Assembly: GCA_017428215.1 (NCBI GenBank)
Contig: JAFRRH010000014.1
Span: forward strand, 10,112 to 74,111
Reading direction: 5' to 3'
From: Selenomonadaceae bacterium
GTDB lineage: Bacteria > Bacillota > Negativicutes > Selenomonadales > Selenomonadaceae
DNA length: 64,000 bases
Part shown: piece after piece, positions 36,800 through 46,027 of the stretch
Position numbering within the stretch: position 1 is the first letter of the stretch
How the letters are laid out: each line of letters starts with the position of its first letter
Translations under genes and position numbers: made by a program
Notes under the pieces: model-generated
Told to the model about the DNA's origin: nothing
Databases searched by the model: none
What the model saw: the letters and a program-made list of their open reading frames with translations, nothing else

Positions 36800-38316
36800 A
36801 AACTTTTTATATTACGACACCAATTTACTATCCAAGCGCGAAATTGCACATAGGACACGCCTATTGCACGACTATTGCCGACGCCATTGCCCGATTCAAA
36901 CGTTTGGCGGGTTATGAAGTTTTTTTCTTGACAGGTAGCGACGAACACGGGCAAAAAATTCAACGCACCGCGCAGGCTCAAGGCAAAACGCCGCTCGAAT
37001 ATATTGACCCGATTGTTGACAGCTTCAAAGACCTATGGAAAAAATTTCATATCTCGAACGATGATTTTATTCGCACAAGTGAACCGCGCCACGAAAAAGT
37101 TGTTCAAGAAATTTTCAAGCGCATTCAAGAAAACGGCGACATTTACAAGGGCGAGTACACCGGACTTTATTGCACGCCCTGCGAATCGTATTGGACGGAA
37201 TTACAGCTTGACGAAAACGGCTGTTGCCCTGATTGTCATCGTCCCGTTGAAAAAGTTTCCGAAGAGGCTTATTTTTTCAAGCTGTCGAAATATGCCGATA
37301 AACTTTTACAACACATTGAGGAGCACCCCGAATTTATCGTGCCGACTTCGCGCCGCAATGAAATGATTAACTTTATTAAAAGCGGGCTTGAGGACTTGTG
37401 TATTTCGCGCACGTCGTTTGATTGGGGAATTCCCGTGCCTGGCGACGAGCGGCATGTCATTTACGTTTGGTTCGACGCCGTAATAAATTATTTAACGCCG
37501 ATGATAAACAATCCGGAACTAAAAAAATTTTTCCCTGCGGATATTCACCTCGTCGGCAAGGAAATTGTTCGTTTCCACACGATTATTTGGCCAGCAATGC
37601 TCATGGCGGCAAATCTCCCGCTACCTAAAAAAATTTATGGGCATGGCTGGCTTGTAACTGACGGCGATAAAATGTCAAAATCTAAAGGCAACGTCGTTGA
37701 CCCCGTGCTTTTGGTTGAAGAATTCGGCGCGGACGCAATCAGATATTTTCTTTTGCGCGAAATAACTTTGGGGCTTGACGGCAATTTTAATCGCGACGCG
37801 CTGATTCAACGGATTAATGCCGACCTCGCTAACGATTTAGGAAATCTTTTGCATAGAACACTTAACATGATTGGCAAATTCCAGAAAAAAATTCTTCTGC
37901 CGACGACTGACGGCACCGACCTCGACAAAAGTTTTCGTCAAGAGGCGGTTGAAACTGCGCGGGAATATCGGCGACTCATGGAAAATATTCAGTTGTCCGA
38001 CGCCGTTAAAGTCGTGTGGAAATTTATTGGGCGGGCGAACAAGTACATTGATGAAACTATGCCGTGGAAACTCGCTAAAGACGAAACTCAACGTCAAAAT
38101 CTCGCGAATGTCTTGTACAACCTCGCCGAAGCTTTAAGAATTGTAAGTATATTAATTGCGCCGTTTATGCCCTCTACGGCTAAAAAAATTCGTGAACAGT
38201 TAAAAATTTCAGCGGAACTTAAACTCGACGACGCGGAAGTTTTCGGACAGCTTGAGCCTAATCACGAAGTCGGCAAGCCCGAACAACTTTTCCCGCGCAT
38301 TTTAATTGACAAGTAA
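36796..38316 (+). CDS. metG: methionyl-tRNA synthetase (short form)
   Basis: HIGH (AKLHIGHAY) and KMSKS motifs, CxxC zinc knuckles. Confidence 0.96.
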   Translation: MKTFYITTPIYYPSAKLHIGHAYCTTIADAIARFKRLAGYEVFFLTGSDEHGQKIQRTAQAQGKTPLEYIDPIVDSFKDLWKKFHISNDDFIRTSEPRHEKVVQEIFKRIQENGDIYKGEYTGLYCTPCESYWTELQLDENGCCPDCHRPVEKVSEEAYFFKLSKYADKLLQHIEEHPEFIVPTSRRNEMINFIKSGLEDLCISRTSFDWGIPVPGDERHVIYVWFDAVINYLTPMINNPELKKFFPADIHLVGKEIVRFHTIIWPAMLMAANLPLPKKIYGHGWLVTDGDKMSKSKGNVVDPVLLVEEFGADAIRYFLLREITLGLDGNFNRDALIQRINADLANDLGNLLHRTLNMIGKFQKKILLPTTDGTDLDKSFRQEAVETAREYRRLMENIQLSDAVKVVWKFIGRANKYIDETMPWKLAKDETQRQNLANVLYNLAEALRIVSILIAPFMPSTAKKIREQLKISAELKLDDAEVFGQLEPNHEVGKPEQLFPRILIDK

Positions 38317-38339
38317 ATTTTCCTGCACGCAATAAAAAT

Positions 38340-38371
38340 TCCGTCGCTCAAATGAGTTGGCGGATTTTTTT
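38340..38371 (+). terminator. metG terminator
   Basis: TCCGTC, 13-nt loop, GGCGGA, then TTTTTTT. Confidence 0.6.
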
Positions 38372-38383
38372 GGAGGATTAACT

Positions 38384-39034
38384 ATGGAAAATAAAATTGT
38401 TGTCGCTGGCATAGGTCCCGGCAACGAAGATTTTATTACACCTGCTGCGCTGAAAAAAATTCGTGCGGCTAAATTTTTAGTTGGTGGACGACGTGCGCTA
38501 TCAGAATTCGCTAAAGAAAATCAGATAACTTGCGCGATAACCCGCGACCTCGACACGCCAATAAATTTTATCCGCGAAAAAATTCTACTCGGCGAAGTCG
38601 TCGTAATGGTTAGCGGCGACCCAGGATATTATTCAATGCTAGACTTGCTAAGAAAAAAATTTCCGCCGTCAATGATTGAAGTTATTCCGTCAATCAGCGC
38701 AATGCAACTCGCTTTTGCAAAAATCGCTTTATCGTGGCACGACGCAACACTTTTAAGCTTTCACGGGCGGCAACCTGCGCGGGCGGCTTTAGAATATTCA
38801 GCGGGAAAAATTTTGGGATTATTAACCGACGCCGAATTTAATTCCGCGACAATCTCCAAAATTCTGCTTGATTGCGGCTGGGATAAAAATTCTTCCGTCA
38901 CAATCTGCGAAAAACTTTCCTACCCCGACGAAAAAATTTCTACGATAACTTTAGACGCCGCCGCCAATGCTGAACCCATCAAACATTGCGTTTTAATTGT
39001 CAACGGCTATAATGATTCGCGAGGTGATTTTTAA
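38384..39034 (+). CDS. cbiE: precorrin-6Y C5,15-methyltransferase subunit CbiE-like
   Basis: VVAGIGPGNEDFITPAA...VVVMVSGDPGYYS. Isolated from other cob/cbi genes. Confidence 0.8.
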   Translation: MENKIVVAGIGPGNEDFITPAALKKIRAAKFLVGGRRALSEFAKENQITCAITRDLDTPINFIREKILLGEVVVMVSGDPGYYSMLDLLRKKFPPSMIEVIPSISAMQLAFAKIALSWHDATLLSFHGRQPARAALEYSAGKILGLLTDAEFNSATISKILLDCGWDKNSSVTICEKLSYPDEKISTITLDAAANAEPIKHCVLIVNGYNDSRGDF

Positions 39035-39795
39035 TGACTTATAAGTTGTGGAATTTTTTTAAGGAATTGCAAACGGATTATGAACTTATCGACTTAACGC
39101 ACCCGCTCGACAATGACAGCCCGTATTGGTCGGGTATACCAGAAGGCTCCGTCGAACTTTGCAAAACGTGCTTTGATTGGGGCAGTCCTATGCTCGAATG
39201 CTTGATTCAAACGTTCAAGTTTCCTGGACAATTCGGCACGCATATTGACTTTCCAGGTCACTTTATAAAAAATGCGCCGCTTAGTGAGGCTTACGGCGCG
39301 AAAAATATGATTTATCCGTTGTGCGTCGTCGACATTAGCGCGAAGGTTAAAGATGATGTTCACTACGCTGTAACGGCGGAAGACATTAAAGCTTATGAAA
39401 AAATTTACGGTGACATTCCCGACGGCGCGTTTGTTGCGCTTTATAGCGGCTGGTCTAAGCATTGGCCGAACATGGACGCCATTTCCGGTATCGCTGAAGA
39501 CGGTAGCGAAAATTTTCCCGGTTGGTCGCTTGACGCGCTCAAATATATTTACGAAACGCGCAACGCCGCCGCCAATGGTCACGAGACTTTAGACACGGAC
39601 GCTTCAGCGGAGGCGGCTAAGGCGGGCGATTTGGCTTGTGAACGTTATCTGCTGTCCAAAGGCAAGCTTCAAGTCGAAGTCATGACTAATCTCGATAAAG
39701 TTGCTCCAGCGGGCGCATTATTATTTGTTGCGTGGCCGAATATCAAAGGCGCAACCGGTTTGCCCGCTCGACTTTTGGCAATCACTCCGCACTAA
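39034..39795 (+). CDS. cyclase-family protein (kynurenine formamidase-like)
   Basis: FGTHIDFPGHF (HxGTHxDxPxH-type motif). Confidence 0.85.
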   Translation: MTYKLWNFFKELQTDYELIDLTHPLDNDSPYWSGIPEGSVELCKTCFDWGSPMLECLIQTFKFPGQFGTHIDFPGHFIKNAPLSEAYGAKNMIYPLCVVDISAKVKDDVHYAVTAEDIKAYEKIYGDIPDGAFVALYSGWSKHWPNMDAISGIAEDGSENFPGWSLDALKYIYETRNAAANGHETLDTDASAEAAKAGDLACERYLLSKGKLQVEVMTNLDKVAPAGALLFVAWPNIKGATGLPARLLAITPH

Positions 39796-40146
39796 AGTTT
39801 TATGATTATTCCGCGCAGATAAAAGAATTCGGCAATCGGCAACCACAGCAAAGCCCATATCGCACAAAAGAGCGTTGCGCCGAATTCTGTTGAGATTAAT
39901 CCTTGCGTCGTGTTTTGATAAAGTTGCTCCAGCGGGCGCGTTATTATTTGTTGCGTGACCGAATATCAAAGGCGCAACTGGTTTGCCCGCTCGACTTTTG
40001 GCAATCACTCCTAAAGTTTTATGATTATTCCGCGCAGATAAAAGAATTCGGCAATCGGCAACCACAGCAAAGCCCATATCGCGCAAAAGAGCGTTGCGCC
40101 GAATTCTGTTGAAATTAATCCTTGCGTCGTGTTTTGATAAAGTTGC
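39694..40146. repeat. tandem duplication (223 + 219 bp) covering the 3' ends of two convergent genes
   Basis: Unit A 39694..39916 and unit B 39917..40135 differ by a few SNPs and a 4-bp indel. Each boundary carries GATAAAGTTGC. Confidence 0.9.
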
Positions 40147-41126
40147 AGATAGAAGCCGCCAAAATTTTTTCCGTCGGGCAAAACATACAGTAAAGTTAAA
40201 ATCGCATTGTTCATCACGAAGAAAAATAGCGGATTGATTCCGAGTGCGCCGAGTGGTTGCGAAATTTTTTTAGCAAGCGTCGAGGCGTCGAATAATTTCA
40301 TAAATAGCGCGAGAAACCAAAAATCAATTCCCGCATTTATCAGCGCGTAAGGCGTCGTCCAAAGTTTTTTCGTGATGATGTCAAATTCACTCCACGCGCC
40401 GCCTGCGATTATCAATGCTGAACCCGCCGCGCAGAAGAGCTGAACTTTGTTACTAATAGACGAATTGTCGATAAGAACCTTTCCCGCTAAAAATCCAAAC
40501 AACACGGACGCCGTACCCGCTAAACAGCCGTAAAGTCCTTCGGGGTCGTGCGTCGGTCGGTAAATGTGATTCACGCCGGGGAAAATATAATCGACAGCTT
40601 GGCTAATGTTGTGCGCTTCGTCAAAAGAATTAACTGGCGCGTAAAGATGATAGCCCATCGAAGATACAGTTAATAGCACAAATGCCGTGAGTAAAATATC
40701 GCGGCTATTTTTTATTGCCCGCGCCAAAAAAATTCCGAGCGCGTAGGTTATTGCGAGGCGTTGAATTATTCCAAAAAGGCGTCCGTGAATGATTGCCCGC
40801 TCAAAAAAATCTGCCGCCGTAAAGTCGCTAGAAAAAATTGGCAAAAGTATAAACGGTTCCATTTCTAAAAGAATTCCGATAGCGAACATGAACGCTGTCC
40901 GCTTTAGGATTTTTTTCGTGCTGGGTTCGCGCTTAGACATGGAAATTGCCGCCGACGCGCCCATTGCAAACGCGAACATTGGCAACGCAATATCGGGGAT
41001 TGTCAACCCTGCCCATTGTGGGTGTTCGAGAATTGAATAAATTTTATCGGGTGGTCCGTCAAGGAAAAGCATTATCGCTATCGCCACGCCGCGCAATACG
41101 TCTAGCGCATAAATTCTTTTTGTCAT
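40011..41126 (-). CDS. DUF1624/HGSNAT-like multi-pass membrane acyltransferase-family protein
   Basis: RIYALDVLRGVAIAIML N-terminal motif, about 10 TMs. ATG at 41126 after GGAGG. Confidence 0.7.
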   Translation of the reverse strand: MTKRIYALDVLRGVAIAIMLFLDGPPDKIYSILEHPQWAGLTIPDIALPMFAFAMGASAAISMSKREPSTKKILKRTAFMFAIGILLEMEPFILLPIFSSDFTAADFFERAIIHGRLFGIIQRLAITYALGIFLARAIKNSRDILLTAFVLLTVSSMGYHLYAPVNSFDEAHNISQAVDYIFPGVNHIYRPTHDPEGLYGCLAGTASVLFGFLAGKVLIDNSSISNKVQLFCAAGSALIIAGGAWSEFDIITKKLWTTPYALINAGIDFWFLALFMKLFDASTLAKKISQPLGALGINPLFFFVMNNAILTLLYVLPDGKNFGGFYLQLYQNTTQGLISTEFGATLFCAIWALLWLPIAEFFYLRGIIIKL

Positions 41127-41315
41127 GAGATTTCCTCCATGAAATTTTGTTAAATGAATTTTATCACAGTGGGAAAAAAAAATCTTCCCTGCGATTGATT
41201 GTACGCGGGCAAATTTTTTCATTGTAAAATTATTCATTTTATAATTGACAAAAAAAACAATTATTATAATGCTTATAAGTACACTACAAAAAATTTCTTA
41301 GAGGAGATGAGGAAA

Positions 41316-43849
41316 ATGTTTAAACGAACGATTTTAGCCGCTATTATTCTCGTTGCGACGCTGTGTTTTATGGTTAAATCTGACGCCGCAAAAAACGATA
41401 ATTGGCTCGTCTATTGGTACGTGTGTGGCACCGATATTGAGACCACGCGAATTGCTTTTGGCAACGGCACAAATTTGATGTCGAATGATTCCAAAGCATT
41501 GATTCTTGCCGAACCCGACAGAGAACCAGGAGATGCTACACGTAGCATTAAGGAGGTCGAAAAGGCTACGCTTTCCCCCAACGTGAGAATTTTCATGCAA
41601 GCGGTCGGAACGTACATTTGGGGGCACGAAAAATTCCGCGACCTCAACGCCAAAATTCAAACGAACGTAACAGCTTACAATCGAAATGCTGACGGTACGT
41701 TCAGTCCTGTTCAAGGTACCGTTCTTTCCGGTAGAAAAGTTAGGATTCCGCAATGGTTCCTGAACACTGTTGAAAAGCCCGAAGTCAATGGCAAAATCGG
41801 TCGCTACGTCTATGACAAATATCATCGCAACTGGCACGCCCGCGAACAGTTACCCATAAGCGGCGCACAAGATACCGAAACCGACATGAGTTCTCAAGCG
41901 GGCTTGGTTAGCTTCCTGCAAGCCGGTCAACGCCTTGAACAATCTCTTTATCCCGACGGCAATGTACGCAGAGTTTTTATTTTCGTCGATCACGGTTAAG
42001 GCTGTATCAATCACCCGAACTTGGGCGGCGTTATTTGCAACGATGAGTATACGCAAAATATGCTCAGCTTAAAAGAAGTTCGCGACGCTTTTGCTCAAGT
42101 TAAAGACGGCTGGTCAAATCCCGAAGAAAAACCATTTGAAGTAATAGCCTTTGACGCTTGCCTAATGTCTACTTACGAAACGGCGCAAGCCCTAAAGGAC
42201 ACGGCTAATTATATGGTCGCTTCACAAGAAGAAGGCAACAGCAAAGTCATGTTCGGTTATACCGACTTGCTTAACAAGTTATCGAAAAATCCTGCAATGA
42301 GCGGAGCACAACTTGGTAAAGTCATTTGCGACACTTATTGGGACGACTCCAAAAACACCGATAAAAAATTTAACATGGACTTCAACGCCATTTTAACTTT
42401 GTCGGTTACGGATCTTTCCGAAAATAAAATGGAGACGCTTAAAACAGCTTATGATAATTTCGGCAATGCGGCTCTCTTATATTTTCAACAAAAACCGGAA
42501 GAATTATCCCGTATTTTCGCGGATTTCAATAAGGCGGCGAATAGAACAGAAAGGTATCCTTCCGAAGCCGCATCTAAACATTTCAGCGATTACCAAATTA
42601 CTGAACTGGTAGACTTGAAAGGCTTTGCAAAAAATCCTGCTCAAAATATTCCCAAACTTAAGCAAGCCAGCGATGAACTCGTTTCTGCTGTCAACAATGC
42701 CGTAATTTATCAAAAGCGCGGCGATTCTCTAAAATACGGCGGCGGACTTTCGACTTACTATCCATTCAATTTACTTGAGAATTTAACAAATATCAATTCT
42801 TACGTTGAACTTGCTAATGATAACTTGGCTCCTGTAAATCAAGCAAATTTTTATTCACAATTGTATAATTCGGTAATCGGTAATTTAAAACAAGTTGAGG
42901 TTCCTGTTCTTGATTTTGAAAGTGGAAAAGAAATTAAGAATGACGAAACCGGCGAAGTAATCAAGGAGCCGAAATGGCAAATTCCTGTCGACAGTATTTT
43001 TAACATCAGTGATTTTTCTGAAGTGGAAGTTCAGCTAGACGAGAGAAACAAAACTGCATGGATTAAACTTGACGAAAATCAACTCAACCGAATTGAAAAC
43101 GTTCGTTGCCAACTGATACGTACCGAGACCGCCGAAGGTAGCGACAGATTAATCGGTTCTTATTTGGGTAGCGATAACAGCATGAACGGAAATTGGCAAA
43201 CTGGCAAATTCGAGAATACTCTTCGTGGCAAATGGCTAAAGATTGATGGAAATATCGTTTCAGCTCAACTTCTCTCTGATTCTACAAAAAGAAATAAACG
43301 TGGAAAAAAAGTCGGCGGCTCCGAACTTTACGCCATTCCCATTAATTTGAACGGTGCCAGTTACGCTGTCTTAGCCTCTTGCAGTTATCCTAATGAGAAA
43401 TTCCGTATAATAGGCGCACGTCCTATTGAAGAAGCTCAATCAACATTGGCGGGTACTCTCTTTGCACTTAACAAAGGTGACGCATTGAGCCATATTACAT
43501 GCCGTTTAACGTAAGCGAAGAAGATATAGAAGAAATTGAGGCAAACGCTCGCGAAGAATATGGTAAACAACTTGGCAAATTACCAGTTGAGATACAACGC
43601 AACCTTTTGGCAGGGCATATCGATTTAGTTACGGGCAATCCTTTTACAATCGGGGATTCGCCGAAAATCGAAATGGGAACTTTACCTGACGGCAAATACG
43701 CTTATATTTTCGAGTTTGTCACTCCTGTTGGCGGCGAAGTACGCACATCTCAAACCACAGGTTTCATAATTAAGGACGGAGAAATCGTGTCGGTGAAAAT
43801 TCTTGATGATATTCGAGACATTAATACTTGGGAAGATTTTAGTGAATAA
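41316..43849 (+). pseudogene. secreted C11 (clostripain-family) cysteine peptidase, disrupted by an in-frame TAA (41997..41999) and a -1 frameshift near 43480
   Basis: Signal peptide. FIFVDHG-TAA-G... then FEVIAFDACLMS (His and Cys of the dyad end up on different ORFs). The third ORF (43499..) continues the reading frame if one base is restored (KGDRIEPYYMPFNV). Confidence 0.78.
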
Positions 43850-43924
43850 AGTTTTTAACGCCACCTACATTGCAATAACAAATCAAAAGCGGGCGGCTAA
43901 TTTTTATTCAAAGGAGGAATTTGT

Positions 43925-44204
43925 ATGAAAAAAATTTTGGCGATACTGCTTGTAGTCGTCGCGTTCCACGTTGCCATGCCGAATTCGAGTTCAGCCATAT
44001 TTATATTTTTTATAGACTGCAAAGAATGTGGCGGTTCAGGGCAATGTACAAATTGTGACGGAACAGGCAATTTAGGGGGGATATATGGTTTTAGATAATG
44101 GAAGAGATAGTGAACCACCGCCGGACTGTGATGTATGCTATGGTACGGGCAAGTGCCAAAAATGCGACGGCTCCGGCAAAATTCCCGTCAATACTCTTAA
44201 ATGA
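43925..44204 (+). pseudogene. small secreted DnaJ-type zinc-finger protein (4 x CxxCxGxG), split by a frameshift at a G6 tract (44075..44080)
   Basis: AAGGAGG RBS and signal peptide. CKECGGSG, CTNCDGTG | CDVCYGTG, CQKCDGSG. Removing one G fuses both halves into a 92-aa ORF. Confidence 0.6.
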
Positions 44205-44285
44205 AAAATTTTCGTCTCCTGCGCCTGCGACACTATGTCGAGAGCGGGCGGTACAATCTTACTTTTAAATAAGGAGGAAATACTC

Positions 44286-44669
44286 ATGAAAAAATTATTT
44301 ACTCTCGCGGCATTTCTCTTCATCATAGCAATTTCGTCTTCGGCTCTGGCGGCAAATTGGGTGCGTGTTGCAAGGAATGATGATTACGGCGGTAAAACAT
44401 ACGTAGATTATTATGTGGATAAAGATTCGATTAGACGCGCCACAAATTCCAAGTTTTCTCAGCCGAATGCTGTCCTTGCAGTTGTTAAACAAATATCGAA
44501 CAAAGGACATGTCAAAGAAAATATCATGGGTTTCTGGAGAGAGGACGGTAAAAAATATTTCGCTTATCCGACCAGCTATCTGGACGGTAGCGACGGCGTA
44601 TATAATAACATGGAAGTCAATAGATCGTGGAGTATAGTTTGGGACTACGTCTATAATAATCTTCCTTGA
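44286..44669 (+). CDS. small secreted protein (127 aa), paralog of 45193..45621
   Basis: AAGGAGG RBS. Signal peptide ending ALA-ANWV. Shared motifs YVDKDSIR, FWREDGKK, WDYVYNNL. Confidence 0.7.
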   Translation: MKKLFTLAAFLFIIAISSSALAANWVRVARNDDYGGKTYVDYYVDKDSIRRATNSKFSQPNAVLAVVKQISNKGHVKENIMGFWREDGKKYFAYPTSYLDGSDGVYNNMEVNRSWSIVWDYVYNNLP

Positions 44670-44765
44670 TTCAAATAAATTTCGTCACTTACAATTTGCG
44701 CCGCCTGCTCTCACAAACTCGGCGGGGGTGGGCGACGTAGCTTCATTAACAAGGGAGGAATTCCC

Positions 44766-45173
44766 ATGAAAAAATTTTATTTAACGTTGGTTGTATGCTT
44801 TGTGCTTGTGAGTTCGCAAGTTGTTTCTGCGGCAGACTTTCCTGATATTCGCAATATTGCCCCTGACAAAATTATACTTGAATGGAAATATCCCAGCAAA
44901 AATGACGACGACGGTTGTTACGAATATTCCTGCGCAGACGGAAACGGTTTACTGTATGCAGAACAGTACATTAAATTATTGACAAAGAACGGTTTCAAAT
45001 TGGTAGGTAAAGATGTTGATTCCTCCAGAACGATATGGGGATTCGTTATATCCAACAAAAATCTTCCTGCGGTTGACTTTTACGCGGTACCGCCTTGTCA
45101 TATTTTGATTGAGGCTTTTAAGGACGGAGAAATTCAAATACGTTTAGCACCACGAATTACATATGGCGATTAA
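44766..45173 (+). CDS. small secreted protein (135 aa), unknown family
   Basis: GGGAGG RBS and signal peptide (VVSA-AD). Confidence 0.65.
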   Translation: MKKFYLTLVVCFVLVSSQVVSAADFPDIRNIAPDKIILEWKYPSKNDDDGCYEYSCADGNGLLYAEQYIKLLTKNGFKLVGKDVDSSRTIWGFVISNKNLPAVDFYAVPPCHILIEAFKDGEIQIRLAPRITYGD

Positions 45174-45192
45174 GTTAAGGAGGGTATTAAAA

Positions 45193-45621
45193 ATGAAAAA
45201 AATATCTATACTCGCGGCAGTTCTCCTCATCGTGGCGATTTCGTCGACGGCTCTGGCGGCAAATTGGGTGTATATTGCAACGAGAGAAGAAGCGGGATTC
45301 GATGTTTATGTTGACAAAGATTCAATCCGTCATGGAATTCACTCCGCTAAATGCAACATAACACGTAACGACGGTTTCAGTGCACACATCGATCTTAAAG
45401 ACAATCAAGGAAGTTTAATATTTTTGGTATGGTTTTGGAGAGAAAACGGGAAAAAACATTGTAAATTTTTAGAAGTGTACGATGAGAATGGAAATTCTTC
45501 GCCATACGAAAGTGGTTTTCCCGATAGAGGCACTGAGATCGCTGAAAACGATACAGAGACTCTGATGGTCTTTGATTACGTGGAAAATAATCTCCGTGAG
45601 TGCAAGCCGCGTTCCGAGTAA
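45193..45621 (+). CDS. small secreted protein (142 aa), paralog of 44286..44669
   Basis: AAGGAGG RBS. Signal peptide ALA-ANWV. YVDKDSIR, FWRENGKK, FDYVENNL. Confidence 0.7.
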   Translation: MKKISILAAVLLIVAISSTALAANWVYIATREEAGFDVYVDKDSIRHGIHSAKCNITRNDGFSAHIDLKDNQGSLIFLVWFWRENGKKHCKFLEVYDENGNSSPYESGFPDRGTEIAENDTETLMVFDYVENNLRECKPRSE

Positions 45622-45705
45622 AAAATTTTCGTATCCTGCGCCTGCGGTATTGTTCGAGAGCGAGTAGCGTAAATTCTAATTTTCAAGATAAAGGAGGTGA
45701 TTCAC

Positions 45706-45949
45706 ATGAAAAAAAATTATCGCCGTTTTAGCTGCGGTCGCCGTGTTCTCTGTTGTTTTTCCGACTTTTGCCAAATCATTATGTACGACATGTCGCGGTT
45801 CAGGCAAAATTATGTATAATCAAACCGTTCCCGCTTACAATTACAGATACGACCGAAAGGCTGGCAGAAACATACGTGTTCCACCGTACAACAAGTTAAA
45901 AACGATGGTTCGAGTTTGTTCATCGTGTAGAGGAAAAGGACATAGTTAA
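45706..45949 (+). pseudogene. small secreted protein with 2 x CxxCxGxG, out of frame at an A8 tract (45709..45716)
   Basis: AAGGAGGTG RBS and ATG. With A7 the frame reads MKKIIAVLAAVAVFSVVFPTFAKSLCTTCRGSGK...CSSCRGKGHS (80 aa). With A8 it stops after 37 codons. Confidence 0.55.
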
Positions 45950-45978
45950 AAATTTTTTCGACAACAATCCAATAAAAA

Positions 45979-46007
45979 ATCCCGTCACTCGGATTGAGTG
46001 GCGGGAT
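45979..46007. terminator. bidirectional terminator between the small-protein cluster and efp
   Basis: 12-bp stem ATCCCGTCACTC / GAGTGGCGGGAT, 5-nt loop, A-run upstream and T-run downstream. Confidence 0.8.
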
Positions 46008-46027
46008 AATTTTTTATCTGAAATATT

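Noticed and set aside
39694-40146. Possible MITE or IS remnant
   Set aside because: There are no terminal inverted repeats and no transposase. The two units are simply copies of the local 3' ends of the flanking genes.
11651-41999. Two in-frame TAA codons (11651, 41997) as evidence for TAA reassignment or an alternative genetic code
   Set aside because: TAA terminates well-conserved genes at their expected ends in the same window (for example deoB at 571 and efp at 46028). The affected genes are accessory and one carries an additional frameshift.
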